A stretch of DNA of 64,000 nucleotides. It comes from an uncultured Planctomycetales bacterium (GTDB lineage Bacteria; Omnitrophota; Gorgyraeia; Zapsychrales; JANLHA01). Shown piece by piece: positions 1 to 10,091 of this stretch. The DNA is taken from positions 16,561-80,560 of the forward strand of contig CAZQQI010000008.1 in the NCBI GenBank assembly GCA_964595465.1. The letters are read 5' to 3'. The notes beneath the pieces are model-generated. The model saw only the letters and a program-made list of their open reading frames with translations, searched no databases and had not been told where the DNA came from. Position numbers and translations under genes: made by a program. Positions within the stretch are counted from its first letter, which is position 1. Each line of letters starts with the position of its first letter.

Positions 1-582
1 CGCCCGAACCGCTTTAAGTTCAGCCTTAAGGTCTTCGATCTCCTGGTCCTCACCCTGTTCCAATTCCTGCTGAGAAATTTCCTGCAGTTTCAATTCCAGG
101 GCCAATTCACGTTTCTGGACCTGCAGTTCAGAAAGCTTAACCTGCCAGATTTCAGTCTGCTTCTCTTCTTCCGCGAGCTTGCGGGCCAATGTCTGCTTCT
201 GATTCTCTATGTCGGCGATCTCCTGTCTGACTTCCTCGATCTGGGAGCGGACGCGTTCGGCGGTCCTCTGCTGATCCTGATGAAATTGTTTCAGATTCTG
301 ATTGCGCGTCTCCTGCTCAGCGATCTCCTCTTTAAGGGTGAGAACATCGCTCTGAACATCGGAGAGTTTTTCCTGCAGGAGGTCATATTCCGCGTTAAGC
401 CGTTCATTCTCACGTAAAAGCTGAGCGGTCTCTTCTTTAGCATCGCGGATCGTTGACCGCCAGGCATCTGTGCTCATGGTCCGGGCACGCCCGGAAGTCA
501 ATTCCTGCTCATCCTGAGCCTGTGCACAGGGCGCAACGCTCAACGCGAAAAAAGATAGGAATAATATCACTTTACTGATCAT
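1..582 (-). CDS. Secreted coiled-coil protein, partial (C-terminus lies beyond the window start)
   Basis: Minus-strand ATG at 580-582. The translation begins MISKVILFLSFFALSVAPCAQAQDEQ, a signal peptide, followed by heptad-like E/Q/K-rich coiled coil with no stop down to position 1. Missing from the ORF track because no stop codon falls inside the window. Confidence 0.5.
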   Translation of the reverse strand, partial: MISKVILFLSFFALSVAPCAQAQDEQELTSGRARTMSTDAWRSTIRDAKEETAQLLRENERLNAEYDLLQEKLSDVQSDVLTLKEEIAEQETRNQNLKQFHQDQQRTAERVRSQIEEVRQEIADIENQKQTLARKLAEEEKQTEIWQVKLSELQVQKRELALELKLQEISQQELEQGEDQEIEDLKAELKAVRA

Positions 583-629
583 GGTATTCATTATAAACAC
601 AACTCAATCCGGCAGGCAAATAGAAAATC

Positions 630-2051
630 TTATATTTCATTTGAGTACACAACATAAGACACCGCCTGCTGATGCGGACGGTAAGTCTGCTTAGTCTGTT
701 CCAGCCGGGGGGAGGCGAAACTGTCCATGACATTGATCTTTTCAAAGTCCTGCAGCACAGGATCCCGGCAGAATTCCCGGAAAAGATATGCCGGCAAACC
801 TCTAACGCCGGGATCCGCGATCTCAAATACCACGCAAAAGGTTTTCTCCGACACGGAATATCCGAACGTATATCCAACAACGTGCCCGTTGCATTCTGCG
901 ATACGTCCGACCAAACCCAGACGCTGAGCGTCACGGACAGCCGCCGCGTGGACAATACGGTTCTCCTCCAACATAACCTGCACAACATCGTCGAGATTTC
1001 TTGCTGTTTTCTGTTCTGCCCAGCGCTCATAAAGCGATAGACAGGCCTCATAATCCCGCGGCTGATAAGGACGGAACACCATCCGATGCTGTGCCGCGCA
1101 GACATTATACTCATGCCTGCGGTTTTTATACGGTCTTCCTGCTAAGGCGGCGATTTCTTTACGGCAGTAAATGACCTCCGGCTCCCGCTCATACCAGCGG
1201 TAGCGGCCGGCGTCCAGCGTTTCAATAATCGCGAAAGGAACATGTTCCATGCGGACGTAAGCCGGATGCAGATTGATCTGCCGGAGACAGGCAAACGCCG
1301 CATCGATCGTCTCTGCAGAGCAGCTCTTGGCAAGAGGAGGAAAATAAAGAAAGGTGCCCAGGCGGTCTGTGGCGAAGAGACACACACTTCCCGAAATATC
1401 AACGGCATCAAAAGCGAAAAACGGCTCCCACATCGCCACCGCCGGGAAAGCGTAAGCGGAAAGATCTCTGCTGCCCGCATCTTTCAGCGCGCGCGCCAGC
1501 TCACTGCGCCGGCGAAAAACTTTCGGATCAATGACCGGATCGAGTACGGGCCATTCCGCAATAACGTCCAGCTCCTGATCATCAAGTTCATACTCCCGGA
1601 TCATGGCGGGGTTACGAAAAAAATAATTATAGACGTCCTGACGCCGAAGATATTTTCTCAAACCCTCTGCATACCGCTCATAAGACGGAGTCTGCCAGTT
1701 TTCCTGAATATAGGGACAGCTTAAGTGCGCGGCCAGAACAACGCGTCCGCCGTGACGCACCAGCATAAAAGGATAGATCCGGCATTCCAGCGGACGGGCT
1801 TCATAGATCAGGCAGCGATGCTCTTCAGGCTCCAGCTGAAGACACATCCCGTCGTCAGCAGTCTTTAAAAATCCCTGCGGGTCACACATTTCTGTCTGAG
1901 AAGATTGAGGATAAGATAACTGATTGCGGCAGCGCTCTTCGGCCGCCGTCAGCGGACGCCAGGGATCTTCGCCGGAAGAAAACCGGCAGCAGCCCCGGCA
2001 GGACAGACAATACTCGGAAGGAACAAAGGCGGGAAAATCAGCGAACATCAT
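630..2051 (-). CDS. Fusion protein: YkgJ/FliB-type CxxCxxCC metal-chelating domain plus a C-terminal GNAT-fold (DUF2156/LPG-synthase-C-like) domain
   Basis: N-terminus carries CLSCRGCC (CxxCxxCC) plus further Cys. C-terminal half has a GNAT-like motif (DPGVRGLPAYL). 473 aa ORF. Confidence 0.45.
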   Translation of the reverse strand: MMFADFPAFVPSEYCLSCRGCCRFSSGEDPWRPLTAAEERCRNQLSYPQSSQTEMCDPQGFLKTADDGMCLQLEPEEHRCLIYEARPLECRIYPFMLVRHGGRVVLAAHLSCPYIQENWQTPSYERYAEGLRKYLRRQDVYNYFFRNPAMIREYELDDQELDVIAEWPVLDPVIDPKVFRRRSELARALKDAGSRDLSAYAFPAVAMWEPFFAFDAVDISGSVCLFATDRLGTFLYFPPLAKSCSAETIDAAFACLRQINLHPAYVRMEHVPFAIIETLDAGRYRWYEREPEVIYCRKEIAALAGRPYKNRRHEYNVCAAQHRMVFRPYQPRDYEACLSLYERWAEQKTARNLDDVVQVMLEENRIVHAAAVRDAQRLGLVGRIAECNGHVVGYTFGYSVSEKTFCVVFEIADPGVRGLPAYLFREFCRDPVLQDFEKINVMDSFASPRLEQTKQTYRPHQQAVSYVVYSNEI

Positions 2052-2467
2052 TCCCCCATGATCTGGACCACCAGCTCGCGCTGGCGCGCGCGCACATCAA
2101 AATCAATAAAAATGATCTGCTGCCATGTCCCCAGGACCATCTGTCCGTTTGTGAACGGGATGGTGACCGACGGGCCGACCAGCGAGGCGCGCAGATGAGA
2201 ATGCCCGTTGCCGTCTCCCCAGGTGTCATCATGATGATACCGTCCTGCGGGGATCAGCTTATCCATGAGCTCCGGAATATCCTGGACCAGGCCGGGCTCA
2301 TATTCACACGTTGTCAGCGCGCCGGTCGAGCCGATCACGCTGACCGTCACAAGACCCGCTGCAAGACCGGCAGCGGCCACCTTCTCCTGCACCTCGTCGG
2401 TTATATTGATAACCTGGGCATTCCCTTCTGTCTGGCATTGGATCTGTTCCGTTATGACCGCCATCAT
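2048..2467 (-). CDS. YjbQ/UPF0047 family protein (secondary thiamine-phosphate synthase-like)
   Basis: MMAVITEQIQCQTEGNAQVINITDEV...HLRASLVGPSVTIPF is typical of the YjbQ family. Start chosen at the internal Met. Confidence 0.7.
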   Translation of the reverse strand: MMAVITEQIQCQTEGNAQVINITDEVQEKVAAAGLAAGLVTVSVIGSTGALTTCEYEPGLVQDIPELMDKLIPAGRYHHDDTWGDGNGHSHLRASLVGPSVTIPFTNGQMVLGTWQQIIFIDFDVRARQRELVVQIMGE

Positions 2468-2569
2468 GCCCCCTCTTATAACTTTCCACACGCCCATCAC
2501 GAACGGCTTCAAAACAGGCTGAACCGGATACGCTTCTTCCGCCCAATCTGCAGGCGTTGTTCCGCAGTG

Positions 2570-2890
2570 TTACCGTATCCGTGTCCCGGCAGGAACATCT
2601 TTCTCCGGTGTCAACAGCACCGCGCCCTCTTCTCCTGACGCGGCAAGCAGCATGCCCTGAGATTCCTGTCCGCGGATAACAGCCGGCTGGAGATTGTCGA
2701 TCACAATGATCTTTTTCCCGATTAATTCCTCAGCAGTATACGCGCCGCGTATTCCCGCGACCAGCTGTTTCTCTTCCCTCCCATTGTCGATTTTCAAGAC
2801 AAATAATTTATCCGCATCTGGATGATCTGCCGCCGCTTTGATTTCCGCGACGACCAGCTGCATTTCGGCGAAGTCCTGAATCGTAACCAT
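2570..2890 (-). CDS. tRNA-binding domain protein (CsaA/EMAP/Myf-like)
   Basis: MVTIQDFAEMQLVVAEIKAAADHPDADKLFVLKIDNG...VIDNLQPAVIRGQESQGMLLA is a tRNA-binding OB fold. ATG confirmed at 2888-2890. Confidence 0.75.
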   Translation of the reverse strand: MVTIQDFAEMQLVVAEIKAAADHPDADKLFVLKIDNGREEKQLVAGIRGAYTAEELIGKKIIVIDNLQPAVIRGQESQGMLLAASGEEGAVLLTPEKDVPAGTRIR

Positions 2891-2969
2891 ACACTCGACC
2901 TTTCGTTTCCTTTTAATTAAGACTGATGTTTTTAAAATCACGGCAGCTGAATAGGGCCCAAAGCGAAAT

Positions 2970-3653
2970 TCATTTCAAAGATGGGCCGTGGCAGCTGCAG
3001 GTGCATCCCGGCGGCTGCTCCCCGTCTTTAACAAAAAGCAGCGGAAAAATAATGTCACTGACACAGCAGGGCAGCCAGACCGCTAAAAATAAAAAGAGAA
3101 AGATCCCGAAGTATGCTGTTGGCTGAGCGTGGTCATGGGCCATGATGACATGAAACAGAGATGCCCAGGTGCTGAGCAGAACATGCGAGGCATGCGGCAG
3201 CTTGGTCCAGGGACGAACATAAGCGATCATAATCCCGGCCAATGCCATCCCATTGATCAGAAACGGACGCTCAAGAAAGCCGGCATGGACCTCAGCGTGG
3301 GGCATTTCCATCAGCACCTCCCCCCAGAAAGGGATCAGCGAATCACTCAAGGTCGTCACCCCGATCGACCCGACATATCCCACCAGCAGCACCTTCCACC
3401 ATTTGCGCCCCGGCTCGCTCCGGCTTTTCGGCTTGTACCGGCAGTACAGCGCTGTAGTCACCATAGCACTGAGGACAACATGGGCAGGATGTAAAATATA
3501 AAATACGCCATGGGCAGCCTCCCGGCTCATCGTCCGGAAGATCATCATGACCAGGATCCCGGTCATAGCGCCGAACAAGGTGAACGGCGCATGCTGACGC
3601 AATTCAGAAAGGATCCGGACATGAAGGGGCGGTGGCGGGCTGGGGATGGTCAT
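2970..3653 (-). CDS. Histidine-rich polytopic membrane protein of unknown function with a C-terminal CxCxC motif
   Basis: Several TM segments and repeated His motifs (HPAHV, HAEVHAGF, HASHV, HVIMAHDH). C-terminal GCTCSCHG. Confidence 0.5.
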   Translation of the reverse strand: MTIPSPPPPLHVRILSELRQHAPFTLFGAMTGILVMMIFRTMSREAAHGVFYILHPAHVVLSAMVTTALYCRYKPKSRSEPGRKWWKVLLVGYVGSIGVTTLSDSLIPFWGEVLMEMPHAEVHAGFLERPFLINGMALAGIMIAYVRPWTKLPHASHVLLSTWASLFHVIMAHDHAQPTAYFGIFLFLFLAVWLPCCVSDIIFPLLFVKDGEQPPGCTCSCHGPSLK

Positions 3654-4450
3654 TCCTGCTCCTTTTCCTGCTGGGCGATCTTTTCCATACGACGCGCGAT
3701 CACCAAAATATTCTCTAAATGCCGATCGATCGAAGACGGGTTATGACGAAGGTCAAACATCCCCGGCTGAAGGTCTCCGACCGCGGAAAAACGGACAATG
3801 ATCTGACCGTCGATGATCTCCAGGGTCATAGCGGGCTTACCGCGGGAATCCCGGTTTTTATATTTTGCCATGATCCTGACCACGCCCTCGTCTTCCAACA
3901 GGGCGTTTGCCAAACGCACATTATTGGAATAGATGCCGTATTCCTTGAACTCAGGCGGGATCATAACCTGATCGGAACCATGAATGCTGTGTCCGCCGCT
4001 GAGAGACGCCGGGCTGGAACGGATCTCACTGCGCATATGTTCGGTAAAGCCTAAATTCACATGAAGCGATGTTTTAAGGCGCAGATAACCCCGATAGACC
4101 TTTTGACCGGCGGCAAAGTCCTCGATATCCTCAAAGGTAAAGGTGCCGCCCCGGTAAATAAAGGTAATGGCATAGCAATTCTCACGATGCTCGATAGGAG
4201 TTTTCACGCCTCCGTATTCAGCGATCATCTCATCATGATGGCGTTCCCGGGCATCTTTTCTCCCAACAGAGGTCGCGGTCAGATAAACGATCGCGCCGAG
4301 CATCGCGGCAATAATCCAGAATGCCCATCCCGGCATACGTTCCTCCCTTTTTGTGTTTCTTAAAATGACACCAGGTATTTTAACGGCAATCGCGGATGAT
4401 ATGCAATCATTATTTCGCCGTGCCGTCATCTTTAAACGGACCGTCTTCAT
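3650..4450 (-). CDS. Hypothetical membrane-anchored protein
   Basis: N-terminal TM anchor (MPGWAFWIIAAMLGAIVYL). Its start overlaps the upstream gene by 4 nt, so the two are probably co-transcribed. The true start may be the internal Met. Confidence 0.5.
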   Translation of the reverse strand: MKTVRLKMTARRNNDCISSAIAVKIPGVILRNTKREERMPGWAFWIIAAMLGAIVYLTATSVGRKDARERHHDEMIAEYGGVKTPIEHRENCYAITFIYRGGTFTFEDIEDFAAGQKVYRGYLRLKTSLHVNLGFTEHMRSEIRSSPASLSGGHSIHGSDQVMIPPEFKEYGIYSNNVRLANALLEDEGVVRIMAKYKNRDSRGKPAMTLEIIDGQIIVRFSAVGDLQPGMFDLRHNPSSIDRHLENILVIARRMEKIAQQEKEQE

Positions 4451-5717
4451 TCTTAACGGCAGCCTGTTTAATCAGACCGGCCAATTTGCGCGTAAGACTG
4501 GCCCGCAGATTGATTGTATCATTATAATACTTAACCGAAAAAACCTGCCCTTCCTTGTGGGCAAGATTGATCAGGTCCATTCGCGTGATCGGGATCAGCA
4601 CGTCGACCTCTTCCAGCAGACCGGATAAATCTTCAATAATCTTGTGCGCCAGGACATCACAATTCTCCCCGGTGCTGGCCGAAACCGCCACCGGATTAGC
4701 AATTCCTCCGTAAACACCTGCAAACCAGGACCGGTCATCTATGCGGTCGATCTTATTAAGAACGGTGATGACCGGCTTCTCTCCCGCGCCTAATTCCTTC
4801 AGCACGGCATTGACCGAATCGTAATAATCCCGGAACTTCGGGTGGCTGACATCCAGGACATGCAGCAGAAGATCGGCCTGCATGACCTCTTCCAGGGTCG
4901 CCTTAAACGATTCGATCAGGTCATGCGGAAGATTGTGCATAAACCCTACGGTATCAGAAAGGACCACCTTCTGATGATTCGGCAGAACCATCTGCCGGGA
5001 AAGAGAGTCCAGCGTCGTAAATAACCCGTCACGGGTGATCTGCCTGGCCCCGGTCAGGGCATTCAGCAGTGTCGACTTCCCCGCATTGGTATAACCGACC
5101 AGAGAGATCACCGGAACACCGCGTTCCTGACGCTGTTTTCGCTTTACAGAACGGTTGGACACCACATCCTTTAATTTCTGTTTTAAATGTGCGATACGGA
5201 TACCGATCTTGCGCCGGTCGGTTTCAAGTTTGGTCTCACCGGGTCCGAGGGTTCCAATCCCTCCCCCCGGACGGGACATGGTCTGACCGTGCCCGGCCAG
5301 ACGGGGAAGAAGATACTCCATCTGCGCCAGTTCGACCTGCATCCGCCCCTCCCTGGTCCGGGCATGGCGCGCGAAAATATCCAGGATCAGCTGAGTGCGG
5401 TCGATGACCTTAACCCCCAGGTCCTTTTCCAGGTTGCGCTGCTGAATCCCCTTAAGGTCTTCGCTGAAGATAACCGTATCAATATCGCCCACGGAAGAAC
5501 GCACAAAAAGCTCATTCACCTTTCCTTTCCCGATAAGGTGCGACGGGGTAAACGTCTCGACAGGGCAGATCACCTGATCAACCACTTTTCCGCCGCAGGA
5601 CAAAATCAGTTCGCGCATTTCGTCGGCAATATCTTCAGAACTCCATCCTCCGCGCTCCTTATGATCCACCACAACGGATAAAACATTTTCTCTGGCTGTT
5701 TTCTGAGCATTGCTCAT
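4410..5717 (-). CDS. hflX: GTPase HflX
   Basis: HflX N-terminal domain followed by G-domain motifs (GYTNAGKST, DTVGF, NKID). Confidence 0.9.
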   Translation of the reverse strand: MSNAQKTARENVLSVVVDHKERGGWSSEDIADEMRELILSCGGKVVDQVICPVETFTPSHLIGKGKVNELFVRSSVGDIDTVIFSEDLKGIQQRNLEKDLGVKVIDRTQLILDIFARHARTREGRMQVELAQMEYLLPRLAGHGQTMSRPGGGIGTLGPGETKLETDRRKIGIRIAHLKQKLKDVVSNRSVKRKQRQERGVPVISLVGYTNAGKSTLLNALTGARQITRDGLFTTLDSLSRQMVLPNHQKVVLSDTVGFMHNLPHDLIESFKATLEEVMQADLLLHVLDVSHPKFRDYYDSVNAVLKELGAGEKPVITVLNKIDRIDDRSWFAGVYGGIANPVAVSASTGENCDVLAHKIIEDLSGLLEEVDVLIPITRMDLINLAHKEGQVFSVKYYNDTINLRASLTRKLAGLIKQAAVKNEDGPFKDDGTAK

Positions 5718-5766
5718 GGAGTCTCCCTCTCTGTAGACATCATCATCCGACCATTGGTCAGTTCAA

Positions 5767-6702
5767 TTATGCTGACATCTGATCGATCATTTTCTGCGCC
5801 GTCACACCATGCGGCTCTTCGTCACTCAACTCGATCCATTGCAGTCCCGGTTCTCTGCGGAACCACGTCATTTGCCTTTTGGCCAAATGACGGGTCCTCT
5901 TTTTCATCTCTGCGGCAGCCTCATCTAAGGACCATTTCCCTGAGAGATAGCGGCGCATCTCCGCCACCCCAATGATAGCAGCCGCTGTCCGGCTCAGGTT
6001 GACACCCTCAAGCGAACGCACCTCATCGACCAGGCCCTGCTCAAGCATTGCCTCAACGCGCCGGTCAATACGGTTATACAGCTGCTGCCGCGGCATCCTT
6101 AATCCGAAAACCTTCACCCGGTATTCATCTCTCAACCCGGAACGCTCCCTGCGGACATCAGAAAACCTTCTCCCGGTCATTTTACAAACTTCCAATGCAC
6201 GTATCACCCGACGAGTATTCTGCGGTGAGATCGCCTTCGCGGACAGCGCATCAAGGGCCTTAAGCTCCTGATGCAATTCAGCAGTATTTCCCGCGGCGGC
6301 GCGTTGTTCAAGATCCCTGCGTAAAGCAGGCTCCGGATCCGGACAGTTAAATATTCCGTCCAGGAGACCCCGCGCGTAAAGACCGGATCCGCCGGCAATA
6401 ACCGGCATACGTTCTCTCGTCATGACCCCTTCTAAAACCTCTTGGGCACATTCAACAAAACGGCCCACATTAAAAAGCTCATCCAGCGGGATGATCCCGA
6501 TCATATGATGCGGGACAGCTTCACGCTCTCGTGCAGAAGGCTTATTGGTCGCGATCGGCAGCCCTTCATAGACCTGCATCGCATCACAGGATATGATCTC
6601 CCCTGACAGCCGGCTGGCAGCTTCAACGGCCACCGCTGTTTTCCCCACTGCTGTCGGTCCGACAATAAAAACCTGGTCATATAAAATACGGCTCTTCCTC
6701 AC
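5767..6702 (-). CDS. miaA: tRNA dimethylallyltransferase
   Basis: P-loop GPTAVGKT and MiaA-wide similarity (CDAMQVY, HHMIGI). Confidence 0.9.
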   Translation of the reverse strand: MRKSRILYDQVFIVGPTAVGKTAVAVEAASRLSGEIISCDAMQVYEGLPIATNKPSAREREAVPHHMIGIIPLDELFNVGRFVECAQEVLEGVMTRERMPVIAGGSGLYARGLLDGIFNCPDPEPALRRDLEQRAAAGNTAELHQELKALDALSAKAISPQNTRRVIRALEVCKMTGRRFSDVRRERSGLRDEYRVKVFGLRMPRQQLYNRIDRRVEAMLEQGLVDEVRSLEGVNLSRTAAAIIGVAEMRRYLSGKWSLDEAAAEMKKRTRHLAKRQMTWFRREPGLQWIELSDEEPHGVTAQKMIDQMSA

Positions 6703-6709
6703 AATAATG

Positions 6710-7279
6710 CTACCGCCTTTCCCGATTGCCGATGATCAGCCTTTCCCCGTCTGATGAGCGCCTGTCCTGAATCCCTCTGAAATCTTCTTCAGCAGCCGGA
6801 ACTCGCCTGATATATCGACGCTGATAGTCTGATTTTTGAAGATGGCGCCGGCGAATTTTACGTCGTTTTTCTACGGACATATCTCTCCAAAGCCGAAAGC
6901 GTTTTCGCAGATCAGCTTTTTGCTCTGCGGACATATCCTGCCAACGCACATACCGCTCGCGGATCTGCTGCCGCCGCGCAAGAGGCAAAGCCTGAAAACG
7001 GCGCCAATGGCGGACGATCTTTCTGCGCTCTTCAGGACCCATCCGACGGAAGTACTGATAAGCCCGCGCAATACGCTGTTTCCTTTCCGGGCTCAATTTC
7101 TCTCCGGGATGAATATCATTACGTTCGATGTCGAAATTATACTGTTCAAGGACCTGCAGATCTTCCTCATTACCTGTCTGCGCAAAAGCCTTTCCTCCAG
7201 CGGACAAAACAATCAGAACCGCGGTCATTATAAACGAAAAATTTTTAACACATTTACTGCCCTGCATCCTGCCCTTCAA
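6710..7279 (-). CDS. Secreted Arg/Trp-repeat protein (DUF3106-like)
   Basis: Signal peptide, then repeated RxxWxxxxxLxxExR units. Lies directly downstream of the ECF sigma/anti-sigma pair. Confidence 0.5.
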   Translation of the reverse strand: MKGRMQGSKCVKNFSFIMTAVLIVLSAGGKAFAQTGNEEDLQVLEQYNFDIERNDIHPGEKLSPERKQRIARAYQYFRRMGPEERRKIVRHWRRFQALPLARRQQIRERYVRWQDMSAEQKADLRKRFRLWRDMSVEKRRKIRRRHLQKSDYQRRYIRRVPAAEEDFRGIQDRRSSDGERLIIGNRERR

Positions 7280-7763
7280 TTTCCTGTAGAATATCTAATT
7301 GCTCAAGCAGCTCTAAATCCTTGAGCAGTTCATAATCTTCGGCTAATTGCAAATTCTCCATCATTTCGATCTCCGCCGCCGTCAATGTGGTCAAAACTTT
7401 TTCTGTCTGCACAACAGAAAACCAAAGCTTCCACACCACTACGGAAATGAAAAAAAGAACAGCCAGCGTCGCTGCGATCGGCAGAACAGCTGAGTATTTT
7501 TGCCGGAAAAAAACAGGACTCAGCCAACTCTTCCATGCCTTGTCCGGCTGACGTCTTCGCCAGAATCTGGCCACATATCCCGGCTCAGGATCCTGATCCT
7601 CCCACTCGGCCATCAAACGCCACGTCTGCTGATACCGGTCCAATTCTTGCGCGCATTCCCCGCAGGAGAGCAGATGCTCACGCAGAACCTGCTCCTGAGA
7701 CGGCTGCAATTCGCCGCTCAGAAAGGAAGGGATACGGGCTTTGATCTGCTGACAATCCTTCAT
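7254..7763 (-). CDS. Anti-sigma factor with a zinc-binding (ZAS-like) N-terminal domain and one TM segment
   Basis: HLLSCGECAQ motif, a central TM helix, and position immediately downstream of an ECF sigma factor gene. Confidence 0.7.
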   Translation of the reverse strand: MKDCQQIKARIPSFLSGELQPSQEQVLREHLLSCGECAQELDRYQQTWRLMAEWEDQDPEPGYVARFWRRRQPDKAWKSWLSPVFFRQKYSAVLPIAATLAVLFFISVVVWKLWFSVVQTEKVLTTLTAAEIEMMENLQLAEDYELLKDLELLEQLDILQEIEGQDAGQ

Positions 7764-7805
7764 GAATTCTCCAATAAATTGCCCCCCGCGGCGGCAGACA
7801 TAGCA

Positions 7806-8339
7806 TTATGAATATTCCAGATGATCATTTAACGCCTTCCGCAGGCCGCCCCGGGCCTGACTCAATAAAGACTTTACCGCCGGAACCGATGTCCGCAGGA
7901 TCACGGCAATCTCATCGTAGGATTTCCGCTCATAACGAAAGAGCACCACAGCCGCTCTCTGATGATACGGCAGATTCATGACAGCCTTCCGTACGGCCGC
8001 TGCGCGGACACCATCTCGATCATCACCTGCCGGTAAAGACCCTCTGTCCGCTCCGTGACTCAAACCACCCCGCTGATGCTGCTGAAAACACAAACTCTGC
8101 GCCTGCCTGTACAGGCGGGATACAAATGTTCCCGTTTCCCCTTCCTCTGCTCCGGCATTCTCATAGACATGCACAAATGTCTCCCGGCTCAATGTCTCAG
8201 CCAGATCACCGCTGCCGAACATCCGGTAAAGAAAATTATATATGCGTTTATAATACTTGCGCATTAAATGCTCTAGGGCGGCATCATTCCCTTGAAGAAA
8301 CTCCTGCAAAAATACCTGATCTGGATCGCGGGCAGACAT
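7806..8339 (-). CDS. RNA polymerase ECF-type sigma-70 factor
   Basis: Region 2 (YKRIYNFLYRMFG...ETFVHVY) and region 4 (SYDEIAVILRTSVPAVKSLLSQAR). Confidence 0.85.
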   Translation of the reverse strand: MSARDPDQVFLQEFLQGNDAALEHLMRKYYKRIYNFLYRMFGSGDLAETLSRETFVHVYENAGAEEGETGTFVSRLYRQAQSLCFQQHQRGGLSHGADRGSLPAGDDRDGVRAAAVRKAVMNLPYHQRAAVVLFRYERKSYDEIAVILRTSVPAVKSLLSQARGGLRKALNDHLEYS

Positions 8340-8535
8340 CTATTCTCCCTATAAAACCCTGTTGAAATTTTATGCCATGAAAATAATCGGACACGCGTAT
8401 CACATGAAAAAAGGAAGGAGAGGAATCATGCTTTACATAAAAAACACCTTAGGATAAAAAACGGATAGCAATGACAGCACATCACCCTCTTCGAAAAAGC
8501 GCAATACCATTAACAAACGGCAAAGCCTCTTTGAT

Positions 8536-9474
8536 CTAAAAGCTGTATTCCAAAGCATAAATGAGACGGTAATCATTATCTTTACTGCCGGCAGCCGGAT
8601 CTGCGTTGTACTCATCAATAAAACTCAGCCGGCATGACAAACGGTCATTCAGAGAATGTTTTAATGAGGTTTCCGAACGGAGACGGTATTGATCATAGCC
8701 GTCGACAGGAACATAGCCGATCAGATCCTGACTGAAGCGGAGCTTCTCCATAATCAGGCGCTCATAATACACCCGCGGAGTGAGCAGCGCTTCATTCGAA
8801 CTGGCTCCGGTACGGTAATTGGTATATTCATGAGCAACAGCCAATTCAGTCATCAGCTTATACTCCTCACCATCCGCGAACCAGCAGCCTAGACCCGTTG
8901 CCGGTGTCAGGCGATAATCGATATCAGAAAAACGGTCGTGATCGGCCTCCAGGCGGTAGAAATGATACCAGTGTTTTTTGGGCCCAAACGAATACGCGTA
9001 CCGCCCCAGGATATACCATTGCTGAGCATCCATTTTCCCTTCAGAAGACGCGTAATAGAGCGAGCCTTTAAAGGTGGTTTCATCCTGCTCCGTCTTGCGG
9101 TTCATCTTGAGTTCGCCGTTCGCCTGGGTCTTGACCGTGTTGCCTCCCCAACGGCTGTAGCCGGCGGACAGGGAACGGTCCCATTTCACCCTGTCCTCCT
9201 TGGGATGTTCTGCAGAAGGACATTCCTCATAACACGGTCTCTCGACAAACGCGCGGTCCAGGGTTACCTTGCCCATAGCCTCGGTTGCTATGGTTAGGGA
9301 CTCCGCACTATCCTGGAGAATGGTCCCGCTGATACGGTCCCCATTGGTCAAGACCACCTCTGCCGCCTTTGCCGGCCTGACAGACAGCACCAGAAAACCA
9401 ATAAACAGAAAAAACATAATGTAACGCATCGGCCGTCCCTTTGTCCTTTTAACCATCCTCCTAAACAGATTCAC
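8536..9474 (-). CDS. DUF481-family putative outer-membrane beta-barrel protein (YdiY-like)
   Basis: Signal peptide, alternating aromatic beta-strand pattern, and a terminal YALEYSF. Resembles the DUF481 salt-induced OMP family. Confidence 0.55.
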   Translation of the reverse strand: MNLFRRMVKRTKGRPMRYIMFFLFIGFLVLSVRPAKAAEVVLTNGDRISGTILQDSAESLTIATEAMGKVTLDRAFVERPCYEECPSAEHPKEDRVKWDRSLSAGYSRWGGNTVKTQANGELKMNRKTEQDETTFKGSLYYASSEGKMDAQQWYILGRYAYSFGPKKHWYHFYRLEADHDRFSDIDYRLTPATGLGCWFADGEEYKLMTELAVAHEYTNYRTGASSNEALLTPRVYYERLIMEKLRFSQDLIGYVPVDGYDQYRLRSETSLKHSLNDRLSCRLSFIDEYNADPAAGSKDNDYRLIYALEYSF

Positions 9475-9476
9475 CT

Positions 9477-10091
9477 TCAGTCAGCAAAATCCTGCCCCAC
9501 GTCCACATCTTCAACCATTAAAGGCGCCTCATTTGCTTCTGCCATTTCCTCACCCGCCTCTTTAGCGAGTTCTTCAAGCTGAATGATTTTGTTCAAAAGC
9601 TCGCTGTGGCGCGCGGACATTTCGGCGATCCGGCTCCCCAAAAGTTCTTCCTCTTCCCGGTAATAATTCAGCGCCGATTGATAATACGCGGCCTTACGGC
9701 TCTGCAGCTCGTCCTTCAAGCGCTCGTTTTCAGATTTCTGCTGCATGAATAGGTCTTCCAGCTCTTCATACTGATCCTGCATAGAAGACTGGGCTTTACG
9801 CAGCCGTGTATTGATCTGTTTGAGCTTTGTAACGTTCTCTTCCTTTTCCTGCATACTGTCCTGCAGATATTGATATTCCAGGCGGAGCTTTTCTTCCGCC
9901 GCGCGCAGTCCTTCGGCCTCCGCCGCTTTCTGCTGATATTCCTCACGCCATTTGTCAGTATACTCGCCGTGAACGTTTCCGTATGTTCGCAACTGCTGTT
10001 CATAAACGGTTTCGTCTTCGGCCTGCGCCGTCACCGTCATGGCCATCACAGCCAGCACAACGGCCGCGGTTTTCCACTGTAATGCCTTCAT
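9477..10091 (-). CDS. Secreted coiled-coil protein
   Basis: MKALQWKTAAVVLAVMAMTVTAQA signal peptide followed by a long E/Q/K-rich coiled coil. ATG at 10089-10091. Confidence 0.6.
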   Translation of the reverse strand: MKALQWKTAAVVLAVMAMTVTAQAEDETVYEQQLRTYGNVHGEYTDKWREEYQQKAAEAEGLRAAEEKLRLEYQYLQDSMQEKEENVTKLKQINTRLRKAQSSMQDQYEELEDLFMQQKSENERLKDELQSRKAAYYQSALNYYREEEELLGSRIAEMSARHSELLNKIIQLEELAKEAGEEMAEANEAPLMVEDVDVGQDFAD

